A stretch of DNA of 64,000 nt, taken from NCBI GenBank assembly GCA_037130175.1, contig JBAXTN010000007.1:15946-79945 (forward strand), read 5' to 3'. Under the pieces are notes generated by a model. That model ran no database searches, was not told where the DNA came from, and saw nothing but the letters and a program-made list of their open reading frames with translations. The stretch comes from a bacterium (GTDB taxonomy: Bacteria > Verrucomicrobiota > Verrucomicrobiia > Chthoniobacterales > UBA6821). The position numbers and the translations under genes were made by a program. Below, piece after piece: positions 47,820 through 57,033 of this stretch (positions are counted from its first letter, which is position 1; the number at the start of each line of letters is the position of its first letter).

Positions 47820-48284
47820 CTATTTATAGCCGTAAACCAAAGCCCATGTTGTACGCTCCTCGGGGGACTTGAGAATTTGGACAATGGCAAAATAGGTGCC
47901 GGTGCTCTTGGGGTTGATCCGGGCTCCGGCGAAGCGGCCTTTCTGCCAGCTCTCTCCCTCAACCAGATCACCCTTGTCGTCGTAGATATGTACGGAAAGA
48001 CTAGCCCCCTTGACCTCGGTTGCCATGAGGAACCAGTAGGTATTTCCCTTGAAGAGCTGGATGCTGACCGCCTTCTTGTCATGCACTCCAAGATCACCTC
48101 CCCATGCGTCCTTGCGGATCGAAAAACCCTGTTTGTAGTAGGGTAGCGCAGCCTCGTAGGCGAACGAAACGGAATCATCGACCGTTGCGTGGAGCTGTGC
48201 GGGAACAACGGAGCACATCAACAGCACGCCAAAAAGAAGGCGAAATGTTTGCATAGACGAAAGCTGATTGAGAAAGTGCTTCAT
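47820..48284 (-). CDS. Secreted hypothetical protein
   Basis: 154 aa with a signal peptide. It starts by ATGA overlap with the upstream gene and stops 13 nt before phoH. No family recognised. Confidence 0.68.
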   Translation of the reverse strand: MKHFLNQLSSMQTFRLLFGVLLMCSVVPAQLHATVDDSVSFAYEAALPYYKQGFSIRKDAWGGDLGVHDKKAVSIQLFKGNTYWFLMATEVKGASLSVHIYDDKGDLVEGESWQKGRFAGARINPKSTGTYFAIVQILKSPEERTTWALVYGYK

Positions 48285-49099
48285 GATTTGTTTCCTCCCG
48301 AAACAATCTGACCGTTGACCTCACGCGTGAGGTCATGAATCGTTTTGACATTTTCCACCGTGATGGAAGATCCACTCTCTCCGACAATCGGTCCGATCTT
48401 GCGAAGCACATCCCTGATGTGTGAAACGAGAGGATTCTTTCGTAGGCGCGGGGTCATCGAACCGATACATCTGTCGAAATAATTGACCAGTTCGGGCTGA
48501 TGGAGAAGTTCGGCCCCGTCCTTTGAAAAACCATTTTGAACAATTGATGTCAGCACTTCGGTGCCGCGCAACCAGCCGCCCAGGCTGACAAGCTGGGAAA
48601 GGTCGTGATCATTGAGTTCATCCATAGCGGCCCTCACATCCTGAAGGGCGCCGTCAAACTCGGAACGAACCCCCCTCCAATCCCTCGCATCGGCTTTGTC
48701 AGTAATACTCTTGCAGCGGGTGATGACGGATTTACGGACATTGATTGCCTCGGCAAGCGTAAGCACCTGACGGCCGATTTCCTTCACCCGTTCGCTGTCT
48801 TCGGACTCCACGGCGACAAATCCCTCGGCAATGACATTGCCAAGCAGGAGTGCTGTACGGGCTCGATCCTCCGGTGTCTTTACCTTTCCTTCACGGAGTT
48901 GTGCTTTCCAGTTCGGGTTGCCCAGCTTATCCAGGACGGCAAAAATTTCGCTGGGAACCGGGACAACGACTTCATCCACCGCAGCTGCAGGGAAGTCGGA
49001 AAGCGTGATCTTCTTGGGTGGGATATCGGCCCTTGCCGCTGGAATCATCAGGAGAAGCATCAGGGATGCGACGATGGTATGGAGGGGAGAATTCATCAT
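48281..49099 (-). CDS. Secreted hypothetical protein (helical)
   Basis: 272 aa with signal peptide MMNSPLHTIVASLMLLLMIPAARA. It is the first gene of an apparent four-gene unit with phoH. No family recognised. Confidence 0.7.
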   Translation of the reverse strand: MMNSPLHTIVASLMLLLMIPAARADIPPKKITLSDFPAAAVDEVVVPVPSEIFAVLDKLGNPNWKAQLREGKVKTPEDRARTALLLGNVIAEGFVAVESEDSERVKEIGRQVLTLAEAINVRKSVITRCKSITDKADARDWRGVRSEFDGALQDVRAAMDELNDHDLSQLVSLGGWLRGTEVLTSIVQNGFSKDGAELLHQPELVNYFDRCIGSMTPRLRKNPLVSHIRDVLRKIGPIVGESGSSITVENVKTIHDLTREVNGQIVSGGNKS

Positions 49100-49195
49100 G
49101 GAAAATCTTGTAAATTAACCCTCGCAGTGAAGGGGCTTGTCATGAAACATGTGCAGCTTGTTCAACAGACTCTGTTTTGTTGCCAACAATCTGTA

Positions 49196-50203
49196 ATGGA
49201 CCTGCAAAGATTACAATACATTCTTGATTCTGCCGCATCCAAGAGACTTTTGGTCCTGGGTGACCTGATGCTGGATGAATTTGTCTGGGGGAGCGTTGCC
49301 CGCATTTCTCCAGAAGCGCCCGTTCCCATTGTCGAGGTGCAAAGGGAGTCAAGCTATCCGGGGGGGGCTGCTAATGTGGCCCGTAATCTGCGGGAATTCA
49401 CCTCTTCGGTGACAATGATCGGTGTCGTGGGGAAGGATTCTGCCGGGGAAAAGCTGACCTCCCTGCTTAAAGAGGAAGGAATTTCCTCAGAAGGGCTTTT
49501 CACCGACGATTCCGCCCCCACAATTGTGAAAACCCGCATCATCGCGCAACGCCAGCAGGTCGTCCGTGTTGACCGGGAGGTGCGCACGGTTGCCGGTTCC
49601 GCCCGGAGTGACATTCTTCAGCAGGCCAAGTTGCTCGTCGCAAAGTCGGATGCAGTGCTCTTTGAGGATTATGGGAAGGGTTTTCTTAACCAGTCATTCG
49701 TTGACGCAGTAATTGAGACTGCACACGCGCACGGAATACCTGTGACCTGTGATCCCAACCCCAAAAACCCCCTTGAGTGGCACGGTATCGCCACGATCAA
49801 ACCAAACCGCTCGGAGGCTTTTGCCGTGGCAGGAGTCCCCGTCACAACGCCCGTCACCCCGGTGGAAAACGATGAAGCCTTGCTGAGGGTCGGCAATATT
49901 CTGCTGGAGCGATGGAACGCTGGAGCCATTCTGGTAACCCTTAGCGAGCAGGGGATGATGCTCTTCCGCAAGGGCAAGCCTCCGTACCATACTCCGACGC
50001 GTGCCATGGAGATCTATGATGTTTCCGGTGCCGGGGACACGGTGATTTCGCTCTACACGCTATCCCTCGCCGCAGGGGCCACCCCTGAAGAGGCCGCGGA
50101 AATTGCCAATCATGCAGCGGGGGTTGTTGTGGGCAAACTCGGTACCGCCACCTGCTCCCGCGAGGAACTCGAAAACAGTTTCCGACAAGATTCGCACTCA
50201 TGA
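49196..50203 (+). CDS. rfaE1: D-glycero-beta-D-manno-heptose-7-phosphate kinase (RfaE domain I / HldA)
   Basis: PfkB fold with LLVLGDLMLDEFVWGSVARISPEAPVPIV and DVSGAGDTV. Start placed at ATG 49196 (alternative 49142). The ORF-track start at 48605 overlaps the opposite-strand gene. Confidence 0.88.
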   Translation: MDLQRLQYILDSAASKRLLVLGDLMLDEFVWGSVARISPEAPVPIVEVQRESSYPGGAANVARNLREFTSSVTMIGVVGKDSAGEKLTSLLKEEGISSEGLFTDDSAPTIVKTRIIAQRQQVVRVDREVRTVAGSARSDILQQAKLLVAKSDAVLFEDYGKGFLNQSFVDAVIETAHAHGIPVTCDPNPKNPLEWHGIATIKPNRSEAFAVAGVPVTTPVTPVENDEALLRVGNILLERWNAGAILVTLSEQGMMLFRKGKPPYHTPTRAMEIYDVSGAGDTVISLYTLSLAAGATPEEAAEIANHAAGVVVGKLGTATCSREELENSFRQDSHS

Positions 50204-50733
50204 TTTCATCCTTGCTAAGACCCGCACTTTTCATCGACAGGGATGGCACACTTATCGAAGAGGTGGATCATTGCTGTGATCCCGCCCATGTCCGCGTTTA
50301 TCCTGGAGCCGCCGAAGAACTCAATCGGGCTCGAACGATGGGTTGGGCCAATATCATTATCACCAATCAAAGCGGAATCGGCCGCGGTTACTTCACCGAG
50401 GAGCAGTTCTACTCCGTGCAGGAAGAGGTTTATCGACAACTTGGGTACACCATCGATGCGGCCTATATGTCTCCCGATCTGCCCGGGTCTGGATCCTCAC
50501 GCCGCAAGCCTGCTCCGGGAATGATTCTGGAAGCTGCCTCCGAACATGGGATCGACCTGAATCGATCCTTCATGATCGGAGACAAGGACATCGATATAAA
50601 ATGCGGCGCGAGTGCAGGAGTCCGGACGATCTTGGTCGAGACGGGATATGGACGCAACTATTCCGACTGTCGACCTGACTTCCGTGTACCGTCCGTTAAG
50701 GAAGCGATCCGGACTGCCCTTGCCCATGCCTAG
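50200..50733 (+). CDS. gmhB: D-glycero-D-manno-heptose 1,7-bisphosphate phosphatase
   Basis: 177 aa. HAD motif FIDRDGTLI, plus ITNQSGIGRGYF and GDKDIDI. It overlaps the rfaE1 stop by 4 nt. Confidence 0.9.
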   Translation: MISSLLRPALFIDRDGTLIEEVDHCCDPAHVRVYPGAAEELNRARTMGWANIIITNQSGIGRGYFTEEQFYSVQEEVYRQLGYTIDAAYMSPDLPGSGSSRRKPAPGMILEAASEHGIDLNRSFMIGDKDIDIKCGASAGVRTILVETGYGRNYSDCRPDFRVPSVKEAIRTALAHA

Positions 50734-51523
50734 GGAACCGCACTTGCAAAAAGTTGAGGTAGGGGCCGTTGCACTTGTCATACCGGCCCGTTGGGGTTCG
50801 ACCCGTTTTCCCGGCAAGCCCCTGCATCCGCTCGCAGGTAAACCTCTTGTGCAGCATGTCTGGGAACGCTCCCTGCTGGCAAAAAACATCACCCGCACTC
50901 TCATTGCGACGGATGATGAACGCATCGCAACAGTGGCCCTGAATTTCGGTGCAGTGGTTGTCATGACTTCTCCTGATCATCCGAGCGGGACGGATCGCAT
51001 TGCTGAAGTGGCCACGAAGTTGCGCGGGGTGACCCATTTTATCAATGTCCAAGGAGACGAGCCACTGATCGATCCCGGGCTCATTGAGAAGTTGGCGACC
51101 ACCATGCTCCGGAATCCGGCGGTTGAGATGATCACCGCGGCGACTCCGTTTGAAGATTTTCGTGAAGCAGAGAACCCCAACACCGTCAAAGTCGTTCTCG
51201 ATCGAACCGGTAATGCCCTCTATTTCTCACGCAGCCCGATTCCCTATCACCGTGATGCTTACGATTTGGAAAGCAAGGTCGCACCATTACTGCATCTTGG
51301 CATTTACGGATATCGTCGTGACACCTTGCGGAAGCTTGTGAATCTCGTCCCCACGCCGCTTGAACTTTCCGAAAAACTTGAACAACTCCGGGCTCTCGAA
51401 AATGGCATTTCCATCAGAGTCATCCAGACAACGCATCAAGGGGTTGGTGTCGATACCCCCGAGGATGCGGAAAAGGTCGAAAAAATTCTACGATCTAATA
51501 GCTCTTCCCTAAGGAACCGCTGA
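50726..51523 (+). CDS. kdsB: 3-deoxy-manno-octulosonate cytidylyltransferase
   Basis: Trimmed to ATG 50726, with VIPARWGSTRFPGKPL and NVQGDEPLI. It overlaps the gmhB end by 8 nt. Confidence 0.93.
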   Translation: MPREPHLQKVEVGAVALVIPARWGSTRFPGKPLHPLAGKPLVQHVWERSLLAKNITRTLIATDDERIATVALNFGAVVVMTSPDHPSGTDRIAEVATKLRGVTHFINVQGDEPLIDPGLIEKLATTMLRNPAVEMITAATPFEDFREAENPNTVKVVLDRTGNALYFSRSPIPYHRDAYDLESKVAPLLHLGIYGYRRDTLRKLVNLVPTPLELSEKLEQLRALENGISIRVIQTTHQGVGVDTPEDAEKVEKILRSNSSSLRNR

Positions 51524-51554
51524 TTAAATCGCATTGAGGCCATTGCTTCAAGAA

Positions 51555-51810
51555 GGGGGCGCCGACAAGCCGGCTTCGCGTGAGCATCCCCGCAGCGGGC
51601 TGTAAACGCGAAGCCTACGATGTCGCCGATCTTTTATCGCCTCAACCCGAAGGGCTGGAGCCATTTGTCGATTTTTATAGCGTTGCTCGCTCGGGCGAGA
51701 CCGCAGTGGGTATTGACTCGCTCGCTCCCGCGAGGCTCGCCCTACGGGTTTGCCTAAAGGCAAATCTACCCAAGCCGCCCCCGCAGCTCCATGTTGCCCA
51801 GCGCGCGCGC
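51555..51810. other. GC-rich, hairpin-dense noncoding block (candidate structured RNA or REP/BIME-like cluster)
   Basis: Stems read directly from the sequence: GGCTTCGCG (51572..51580) pairs with CGCGAAGCC (51607..51615); CTCGC-N4-GCGAG occurs twice (51686..51699 and 51721..51734); TTTGCC-TAAA-GGCAAA lies at 51749..51764; GGGGGCG (51555..51561) can pair with CGCCCCC (51776..51782); and (GC)5 lies at 51801..51810. No convincing ORF. Confidence 0.35.
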
Positions 51811-52033
51811 CTTCAAAAATCAGCAAATGTTCTTCAGTGGCCATCATTGGACTTATTCAGTGCTTCCCTAAATAAACCGATTCATTAGCTGAAACGCATG
51901 GGATCGATCCTTCCTATTGCCCAGAAACAGCTTCTGAACTTTACCAAAATTACATGGAGGGCTTTGTCGTTCCAAATTCGACTAGCTTCAGATCTGTTTC
52001 AGAAAGCGTGCCCTTAAAACTGTTAGCTGAGCT

Positions 52034-52372
52034 CTACCCTGGGGGCCATTGCATCTCTCTGCCGCCAAGTACATGAATGTGGAGATGGGGGACGGTTTCA
52101 CCGCCGTCAGATCCATTGTTGATCACAATGCGGTAGCCATTTTCGGCAAGTCCTTCCTGTCGCGCTGTGGTTGCTGCCGCTGAAAGAAGAGTTCCAAGAA
52201 GTTGGGAATCGGATGGCATGGTCTCATTGATGCGTGGGATGCAGCGCTTGGGGACAACCAGGAAATGAATGGGAGCCTGCGGCGTGATATCGCGAAAGGC
52301 AATCCATTCATTACCTTCGGCGATAATGTCAGCAGGGATTTCACGGGCTGCGATTTTCTCAAATATTGTCAT
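52034..52372 (-). CDS. HIT-family (histidine triad) nucleotide hydrolase
   Basis: 112 aa with the HLHIHVLGG triad and FRDITPQAPIHFLVVPK. Confidence 0.93.
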   Translation of the reverse strand: MTIFEKIAAREIPADIIAEGNEWIAFRDITPQAPIHFLVVPKRCIPRINETMPSDSQLLGTLLSAAATTARQEGLAENGYRIVINNGSDGGETVPHLHIHVLGGREMQWPPG

Positions 52373-52431
52373 CGGAAATGCGAAACCACTCGGGGTTGGC
52401 TATGAGGTGGCCGAGGCCTGGACCAGTGTCT

Positions 52432-52995
52432 CTAACTCAACTGAATCTCAAGTGGTTCTCCCTGGCGACTGGTGCCGACGGAGGCGCCGTGTTGACGGAT
52501 GAAGGAGACGATTTCGTCACGCAGACCGGTGCTCCTGGGGCGTTTTTTTCGCGCGAGAAGTCGAAGGCAATCTGAGAGATCACGAATCTCAAGTCTTACC
52601 ACATGAGAACCGGCAACGCTTTGAAGCTGATTGCCCAACAGGCCGAAGAAGGCGAGTTCGTAACCCTCGCCCGCTTCTCGAACAAGCTCGGCGAGCGAGA
52701 GTCGGAGTGGGGGATCCGGCAAATTAAAATGTTCCGCCACATCGGGAAATCCCAGTGTGCCAAGAATATCATGGACGGCCGCCTGCAGACTCTGAACATC
52801 GACGCAGTTTTCCTCGCAGTCACGCTGAAGATAGACCGAGACACTTTCAGCGATGTGTTCGGAAAGCCACCAGCGTTGATATCCCGCCTGCTCCGCCGCG
52901 TGGAGTAGAGAGGTGGTGATCCAGCGTTTGTCAAAAGAGGTGCTCCTTCCATCAGGAAGGGCGACCAGGGGCATGCCGTCAAGCAGTGCAATCAT
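52432..52995 (-). CDS. Hypothetical protein translationally coupled to nrdR
   Basis: 187 aa. Its ATG overlaps the nrdR stop (ATGA at 52992..52995). No family recognised. Confidence 0.65.
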   Translation of the reverse strand: MIALLDGMPLVALPDGRSTSFDKRWITTSLLHAAEQAGYQRWWLSEHIAESVSVYLQRDCEENCVDVQSLQAAVHDILGTLGFPDVAEHFNLPDPPLRLSLAELVREAGEGYELAFFGLLGNQLQSVAGSHVVRLEIRDLSDCLRLLARKKRPRSTGLRDEIVSFIRQHGASVGTSRQGEPLEIQLS

Positions 52996-53492
52996 GATGG
53001 AAGTTTTGTGAAGAGTTCCTTTTGATTTTCCGAATTAGGGGCGCGGCGTTCGAGAGATTGGATTTCCTCGATGAATTCCCCGATATCCTCAAACCGCCGA
53101 TAGACGGAAGCAAAGCGGACATAGGCCACCGGATCGATGGCGTGCAGATGTTCCATGACTTTGGCTCCGATGATCTTGGTGGAAATCTCCCGCTCCTGAC
53201 CTGACTCAAGTTCGTTGATCACATCGCTTACGGATTCCTCTATTGTGGCGAGAGGGATCGGCCGCTTTTCACAAGCTTTAACAAAACTGGAAAGCAGTTT
53301 TTGGCGGTCAAATGCCTCGCGTCGTCCATCCCTTTTCACGGCAAGAAGTTCCACCCTCTCGATCTGCTCATAGGTGGTAAATCGGGTTTCACATCCGAGA
53401 CACTCCCGTCGGCGACGGATGCTCATGCCATCTTTGGAAAGGCGTGAGTCAATGACTTTGTCGTCGAGGGTGGTGCACTTGGGGCAAAGCAT
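52992..53492 (-). CDS. nrdR: Transcriptional repressor NrdR
   Basis: Trimmed to ATG 53492 (MLCPKCTTLDDKVIDSRLSKDGMSIRRRRECLGCETRFTTYE), giving a zinc ribbon plus an ATP-cone domain. Confidence 0.94.
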   Translation of the reverse strand: MLCPKCTTLDDKVIDSRLSKDGMSIRRRRECLGCETRFTTYEQIERVELLAVKRDGRREAFDRQKLLSSFVKACEKRPIPLATIEESVSDVINELESGQEREISTKIIGAKVMEHLHAIDPVAYVRFASVYRRFEDIGEFIEEIQSLERRAPNSENQKELFTKLPS

Positions 53493-53513
53493 TGTATGTT
53501 TCCAGAACGTTTC

Positions 53514-53519
53514 ATTATA
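53514..53519 (-). promoter_or_regulatory. Candidate -10 hexamer TATAAT for nrdR
   Basis: The minus strand reads ...ATTGTGGTTTTTATAATGAAACG..., 21 nt upstream of the nrdR ATG and abutting the NrdR box. No good -35 was found at 17-nt spacing. Confidence 0.4.
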
Positions 53520-53522
53520 AAA

Positions 53523-53540
53523 ACCACAATATCTTGTGGT
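53523..53540 (-). promoter_or_regulatory. NrdR box (operator) upstream of nrdR itself
   Basis: ACCACAATATCTTGTGGT is a near-perfect palindrome. Its 16-nt core CCACAATATCTTGTGG fits the published NrdR-box consensus acaCwAtATaTwGtgt at about 13 of 16 positions by eye. Confidence 0.7.
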
Positions 53541-53689
53541 CGCAAAGAAAAATCGTCCTATGAGAGGGGTCTCACTTGTAACCCCTTCATCTAGCTTCAA
53601 AAAAAGTTGTTGAAAGAAGCCTTTACCTCCCCGCTGACTTAAACTAGGTGGAGGAGAGTCGTCAGTTGGTCATTATCCTCACACCCCCG

Positions 53690-54820
53690 ATGAAACTCCT
53701 ACAAACTTCCCTCAAGCCCGGCACAGGTTGGAATTCCTCTCAATCCTCGTCCGAACCTTTCGATGCCGATCTGGTTTTGGCATTCGGTCAGCGTGGTCCC
53801 CTTTCACATCCAGATGCCTTTGCGGGATTAAAAGCCCGTTTCCCTTCAGCCCGTATTATCATTGCCTCCACGGCAGGGAGCTTTACTGATACAGCCATCG
53901 AGGATGACTCTATCGTTTGCACGGCTCTCAAATTCGAGAGATCAAGGGCAACCTATGCCGTCGAGCATCTGGATTCTTCCGCTAATCTTGAGGAATGCTG
54001 TCATCGCTTGGGTGCATCGGTTGCGTCACCTGACCTAAGGCATGTACTGATTTTCTCCGATGGTAGTATGGTCAACGGAACAACACTGAGTCAGGCTTTC
54101 AACAAGGTTCTCCCTCCCGGTGTCACCCTTAGCGGAGGTCTTGCTGGCGACGGCACAGACTTCATCGAGACGATGGTCGGACTGGATGCCCCACCTGCTT
54201 CGGGGATGATTGTGGCAGTTGGCCTGTGTGGTGCTTCGCTTCAGATCGCATTTGGGAGTTCTGGCGGATGGTCTCCCTTCGGCCCCAAGAGAACTGTCAC
54301 GGCCTCCCATGACAATGTGTTGCAAGAACTTGATGGAAAGCTTGCCCTGGATCTCTACAAGACCTATCTCGGATCGGAGGCCGATGCTCTCCCGGCGAGT
54401 GCCCTGCGGTTTCCTCTCAATCTGACACCTCCGGGTCATGACAATCCGGTCGTACGCACGATCCTCTCGATTGATGAAAAGCAGGGTACCATGACCTTTG
54501 CCGGTGATATCCCTGTCGATTCGACCGTGCAGCTTATGCGTGCCTCGTATGAGGATCTTATTTCCGGAGCCGAGGCGGCTGCGACAGCCGCTTCCCAGGA
54601 TGCCGAGCTGGTCTTGTGCGTCAGCTGTGTGGGGCGACGGATTGTGCTCGGACAACGAATCGAGGAGGAGCTTGAGGGGGTACGGGCTATCTTCGGTGCC
54701 GGACCGGTGATCACGGGATTCTACTCCTATGGGGAACTTGCCCCCTCGGGGCACAAACATAAATGTCAGCTTCACAATCAGACGATGACGATCACAAGTC
54801 TCTCTGAGCGTGCCGTATGA
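53690..54820 (+). CDS. FIST (N+C) domain sensory protein
   Basis: Trimmed to ATG 53690. Its length and pattern ([26 protein letters not shown]) are typical of FIST_N/FIST_C proteins. Confidence 0.85.
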   Translation: MKLLQTSLKPGTGWNSSQSSSEPFDADLVLAFGQRGPLSHPDAFAGLKARFPSARIIIASTAGSFTDTAIEDDSIVCTALKFERSRATYAVEHLDSSANLEECCHRLGASVASPDLRHVLIFSDGSMVNGTTLSQAFNKVLPPGVTLSGGLAGDGTDFIETMVGLDAPPASGMIVAVGLCGASLQIAFGSSGGWSPFGPKRTVTASHDNVLQELDGKLALDLYKTYLGSEADALPASALRFPLNLTPPGHDNPVVRTILSIDEKQGTMTFAGDIPVDSTVQLMRASYEDLISGAEAAATAASQDAELVLCVSCVGRRIVLGQRIEEELEGVRAIFGAGPVITGFYSYGELAPSGHKHKCQLHNQTMTITSLSERAV

Positions 54821-56361
54821 ATAAACACTCACTGCTACAACGGCAGATCCGCCGCACCTTTGGTAAAGACTACATCTTTGAGCCAGAGCTAGAGCGTTTT
54901 TTCGAGCAGGTCGATGCCGCCTACCGGCAATTCGATCATGACAGAAAGTTGACGGAACATGTGTTGGAGGTAAGCGCTCAGGAGTTGACAGAGGTGAATT
55001 CCCAACTCATCGCCCAGAACCGAAGCAATGAGGGACTTCTCAACCGCCTGCGTCAGACATTGAACCATTTTAACGAGGAGGATTCGGTATTCGCCGAACC
55101 GGATCTTATCCGTGTTGCCGAGGAGATCGACCGTCTTGTGGCTGGCCGTCGTGCCGTTGAGATGGCCCTCCGTGCTGCCAAGGAGGCCGCCGATGCAGCC
55201 AATCAGGCAAAGAGTGATTTCCTCTCCAGCATGAGTCACGAGATCAGGACTCCGCTCAATGCCATCATCGGGATGGCTGAGTTGTTGGAGCATGACTCTA
55301 CCCGTCCCGATGTGAAGCAATGCCTGCGGACGATCCATACGAGTGGTGATGTCCTTCTCTCCCTCATCAATGACATCCTCGATCTGTCAAAGATCGAGGC
55401 GGGACAGATCGAGATAGAGAAAGCTCCCATGGCTCTCAAAATGTGTGTTGAAGAGTCAGTGAATATTGTTTCGTCGCTTGCTTCGGAAAAAGGGATCGTA
55501 ATGAAACTTGCCAATGATCCAGCTCTTCCCGAAGCCATTCTGGGAGACTCCCTGAGGCTGCGCCAGGTACTGCTAAATCTCCTGATGAATGCGGTGAAAT
55601 TCACTGAACGAGGGGTGATATCACTCACGACAGAACTTGCCAGCAACGCTGATGGATGTCCCGTGGTCTCCTTTGCAGTGACAGATACCGGCATCGGTAT
55701 GACCCCTGATCAGCAGAAACGACTCTTCAGGATCTTCAGTCAGGCGGATGTTTCCACGAGTCGTCGTTTCGGCGGTACCGGGCTTGGCTTGGCAATCTCC
55801 CAGAAACTTGTCGAACTGATGGGCGGCAAGATCACCATCGAGTCTGCGCTGGGCAAAGGATCAACATTTCTCTTTTCAATTCCGGTTGTGCAAGTGGCCA
55901 AACCTATGCCCACACAGACTCTGGGATCATTGCCGAGTCTGCCAAATTATGTGCTCGGTCAGCGGTGTCCAATGAAGATTCTTTTGGCAGAAGATAACAA
56001 GGTCAACCAGCAGGTTGTTGAGTTGATGCTCAACCGACTTGGATATAAGACCCAGATTGTTGTCAACGGACTTGAGGCGGTGACTGTTCTTGACACAGAA
56101 TCATTCGATCTGGTGCTGATGGATATCCAGATGCCGATCATGAGCGGGCTGGAGGCCGCCGAAAAAATCATCGAAAAACACGGTGCCAAAAGACCTCAGA
56201 TTGTGGCTCTCACAGCCAATGCAACCCGGGAAGATCGAAAAATCTGCATGGATGCAGGAATGGACGATTATCTGGTCAAACCGCTCCGCCGCGACCGGCT
56301 TGCGGCGGTGATCGAGGAGACCTATACCCGCATTCACGGGCTTGAAAAAATGCAGGGTTGA
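54817..56361 (+). CDS. Hybrid sensor histidine kinase/response regulator (coiled-coil, HisKA, HATPase_c, REC)
   Basis: 514 aa with H-box [15 protein letters not shown] boxes ([28 protein letters not shown]) and a receiver domain ([10 protein letters not shown]...[10 protein letters not shown]). It overlaps the FIST gene by 4 nt. Confidence 0.93.
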   Translation: MNKHSLLQRQIRRTFGKDYIFEPELERFFEQVDAAYRQFDHDRKLTEHVLEVSAQELTEVNSQLIAQNRSNEGLLNRLRQTLNHFNEEDSVFAEPDLIRVAEEIDRLVAGRRAVEMALRAAKEAADAANQAKSDFLSSMSHEIRTPLNAIIGMAELLEHDSTRPDVKQCLRTIHTSGDVLLSLINDILDLSKIEAGQIEIEKAPMALKMCVEESVNIVSSLASEKGIVMKLANDPALPEAILGDSLRLRQVLLNLLMNAVKFTERGVISLTTELASNADGCPVVSFAVTDTGIGMTPDQQKRLFRIFSQADVSTSRRFGGTGLGLAISQKLVELMGGKITIESALGKGSTFLFSIPVVQVAKPMPTQTLGSLPSLPNYVLGQRCPMKILLAEDNKVNQQVVELMLNRLGYKTQIVVNGLEAVTVLDTESFDLVLMDIQMPIMSGLEAAEKIIEKHGAKRPQIVALTANATREDRKICMDAGMDDYLVKPLRRDRLAAVIEETYTRIHGLEKMQG

Positions 56362-56371
56362 TCGTTAACGG

Positions 56372-56989
56372 TCAGGAGGCGCCGTTCACCAAATAGGGAA
56401 TGGAAGCCACGCGATTCCTTACCTCATCAAGGCCATCGACAAGATCGGCAATTGAGTCCCATCGCCCAGTGGTCAATGCTTCGCGGGCATGACCGGGCAT
56501 CGTGATCTCGGCGCTGAAATCCACATCGGCGACCGTCACCTTGTTCTCGGTGAGGTCAATGGTGATCATTGCTTCTGGATCGCTTTCTATGATGGCGGCA
56601 AGTCCGGCAATATCCTGCTGGGACATCTTCACACATGGCACGCCGAGCGTGGTGGAGTTGCCAAAGAAGATCTCAGCAAAGCTCTCGGCAATGACCGCAC
56701 GGTGACCGAATCGGTAGAGTGATTGCGGTGCATGCTCCCGCGAGCTGCCACAGCCAAAGTTGGATCCGGAGAGCAGGATCGTGGCTCCCGAAAAGCGGGG
56801 GTCGTCAAGCGGGTGAACGCGTCCAGCTTCCTTGTCGTGAAGGCGGGCATCGGCAAACGCAAACTCCCCTAGACCGTCAAAAGTGACGCACTTCATGAAG
56901 CGTGCGGGGATGATGCGATCCGTGTCAATATCGTCGCCGGGAACGAAAACGCCGCGACCGGTGACCTGGGTGATTTTTTCAAGGGCCAT
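56372..56989 (-). CDS. leuD: 3-isopropylmalate dehydratase small subunit
   Basis: 205 aa with NFGCGSSREHAP. Confidence 0.95.
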   Translation of the reverse strand: MALEKITQVTGRGVFVPGDDIDTDRIIPARFMKCVTFDGLGEFAFADARLHDKEAGRVHPLDDPRFSGATILLSGSNFGCGSSREHAPQSLYRFGHRAVIAESFAEIFFGNSTTLGVPCVKMSQQDIAGLAAIIESDPEAMITIDLTENKVTVADVDFSAEITMPGHAREALTTGRWDSIADLVDGLDEVRNRVASIPYLVNGAS

Positions 56990-57033
56990 AAAATAAGGAT
57001 TCAGGATTTATGATTCAGAATGACAGAGAAGGC

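Noticed and set aside
48605-49195. The 5' extension of the rfaE1 ORF, which gives 532 aa in the ORF track.
   Set aside because: The extension overlaps the opposite-strand secreted-protein gene (48281..49099) and has no kinase homology. RfaE-type N-termini begin about 15-20 aa before the LLVLGD motif, which fits ATG 49196.
51548-51830. tmRNA or RNase P RNA identity for the structured block.
   Set aside because: The block has a GGGGG start and CCCCCGCAGCUCCA-like 3' string (tmRNA-like) and a GCCGGCUUGUCGG string (RNase P 3'-end-like). However, there is no T-arm (GGUUCGAAUCC-type), no plausible tag ORF ending in ALAA-like residues, and no GGAAAGUCCGG P4 core. The length is also too short for RNase P.
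51548-51888. ORFs of 99 aa (minus strand) and 102 aa (plus strand) in the kdsB/HIT gap.
   Set aside because: They are Arg/Pro/Ala-rich translations of a self-complementary GC-rich block, mutually overlapping, and have no domain or plausible start context. The region is reported instead as a structured non-coding block.
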